NCBI GenBank assembly: GCA_000934665.2
Contig: JYFJ02002020.1
Span: 1-64,000, forward strand
Direction: 5' to 3'
Source of the DNA: Catajapyx aquilonaris
Lineage: Eukaryota
DNA length: 64,000 nt
Position numbers and translations under genes: made by a program. This document shows positions 62,583 to 64,000 of this stretch, one piece after another. The first letter of the stretch is position 1. Each line of letters starts with the position of its first letter. A model generated the notes under the pieces. That model was not told the DNA's origin. It saw only the letters and a list, made by a program, of their open reading frames with translations, and ran no database searches.

Positions 62583-63939
62583 TCAGCTAATGGTGGTGGT
62601 AGAAGTGTTCAGACTGGTCTTGCTGTTGGACGCGTAACGTCCATACATTCCAATCACAGACATGTCAGAGTTGTTCTGACTGGTGCGGTCATCTTGGTCC
62701 TGTCGTCTGTTTCGATTTAGTTGGGCCAAGATGGACACGACCTCCTGGACCACAGGGACGACCACGATGAATCCAGTGGCGATGTAGGCCCATCCTCTGG
62801 ACACCCAGGTCCAAATGGCGAATCCGTAGGCATCCAGAATGGTGGTACCAAGGAGCATGCATGCAGGCCAGAGAATGATGAAGAACACAGTTAGGATCCC
62901 TGCCGACACATACGCCGTCAGTATGGCTGGACGGAACTTTCGAACCACCAGTTCTAACGGAGGACGGTCGGGGGCTTCTACGGAGGAATCCACTTTCAAA
63001 TCATCCTGAAAGCAGGTTGCAGTTAAACGCAAAATTTCTTCCAAGCACTGCCTCTCTTGTAGCATAATAAGCCAGAGAAAAACTGTGCAAACCTGATAAG
63101 CCTGAACCCATGGTGACAGTGGGTTGTCTATGTTGCGAGTCTTCTCCCATTCGGCTTCCAATTCCTCTGGTGTCCACGTCGGTTTGGTTATTATGGACAC
63201 CAGTACACATATTATTCCTCCTGCACCCATGGACACCACGTTACCAATGAACATGGAGTATATCTGATTTTTAAAAAGTCGCTTGAAAAATTATGTACAC
63301 TTTATGGTAGATGCAAAATGGACAGTACATTCCCGGTGTTGTTGATGAAGTCCCCTAATCCTCCTGGGAGAGTGGAGGAGTAGGACAGCCACGAGATTAT
63401 GGCGCAGCTTAATCCTCCAACACTTCCAACAATCATTCCGGATGATGTAGCTCTAGTCCAGGCTACACAAAATGAGATGGGGATGACCGCTGCAGAGATG
63501 AGGACCCCGATGAAGTAGTAGATCCAGGAGAGGTTGAGCTTGGCGTACCAGGCCAGAAGGGTCAGGACCACGGACAGGACTGTCCCGTTCACTATCCACC
63601 AGTTCTTGTAGGCCAGGAGGTCCTCCAGGTACTCCCTGTAGTCCTTGTGCACTGGGCACTGGTACCGGAACTTGCCATCGGCAGCCGAGTGAACTAGGAG
63701 GCGTGAGCGGTCTTCCTGTTGAAGAAGATTGAGCATGTTCTAAAATAATGTGAACTATTAGAAGAAAAGAACATGCTCTATATCCACTACTTACTTTGCA
63801 CCCATTACAATAGGCAGCGGCGGGACACTGGCAAAATGTTACCGCATTTGGTGTTTCATGTACTGGTGGATGAAGATATTTTGAACATAGAACACATTGG
63901 CCTTCCTGCAGGCCCTTTCGGTACGGCTTCAGGTACACC
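62583..63939 (-). CDS. DUR3-like copy 3, 3' exons only (5' part beyond window end)
   Basis: VYLKPYRKGLQEGQCVLC..., YQCPVHKDYREY..., MFIGNVVSMGAGG...WEKTRNIDNPLSPW, RKFRPA... to the stop at 62583-62585. No lesions seen in these exons. Confidence 0.88.
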
Positions 63940-64000
63940 TGGCCATATGAAAATATATTAGTAAAACTCATTCGACTTGATTCCGTTATATTATCACCTG

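Overview
This is eukaryotic DNA, inferred to be from an invertebrate animal: it is AT-rich and has short spliceosomal introns. From 1 to 41.9 kb it holds a same-strand tandem array of six multi-exon, single-catalytic-domain GH31 alpha-glucosidase genes (sucrase-isomaltase/maltase-glucoamylase/GAA-like). The five whose 5' ends lie in the window have N-terminal hydrophobic segments and 2-6 trefoil (P-type) repeats. Four tRNA-Glu(CTC) genes and several MITE or transposon remnants are interspersed. The standout is copy 4 (21660-27216): I traced an intact reading frame through all exons, yet nearly every GH31 active-site motif is rewritten (acid/base Asp to His, WIDMNE to LDFSE, RNHN lost). Its introns and UTRs still closely resemble the adjacent, apparently active copy 5, so it is a candidate trefoil-rich GH31 pseudoenzyme. 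From 41.9 to 53.3 kb lie RABL3 (-), ARL13B (+), ISCU (-) and CCDC81 (+), with candidate RFX X-boxes in the two divergent promoters. From 53.5 to 64 kb lies a minus-strand array of three DUR3-like urea/solute:sodium symporter genes with near-identical GC-rich tracts; the middle copy carries a nonsense codon and a frameshift. Gene models were built by hand from splice signals and paralog comparison; no database searches were run.
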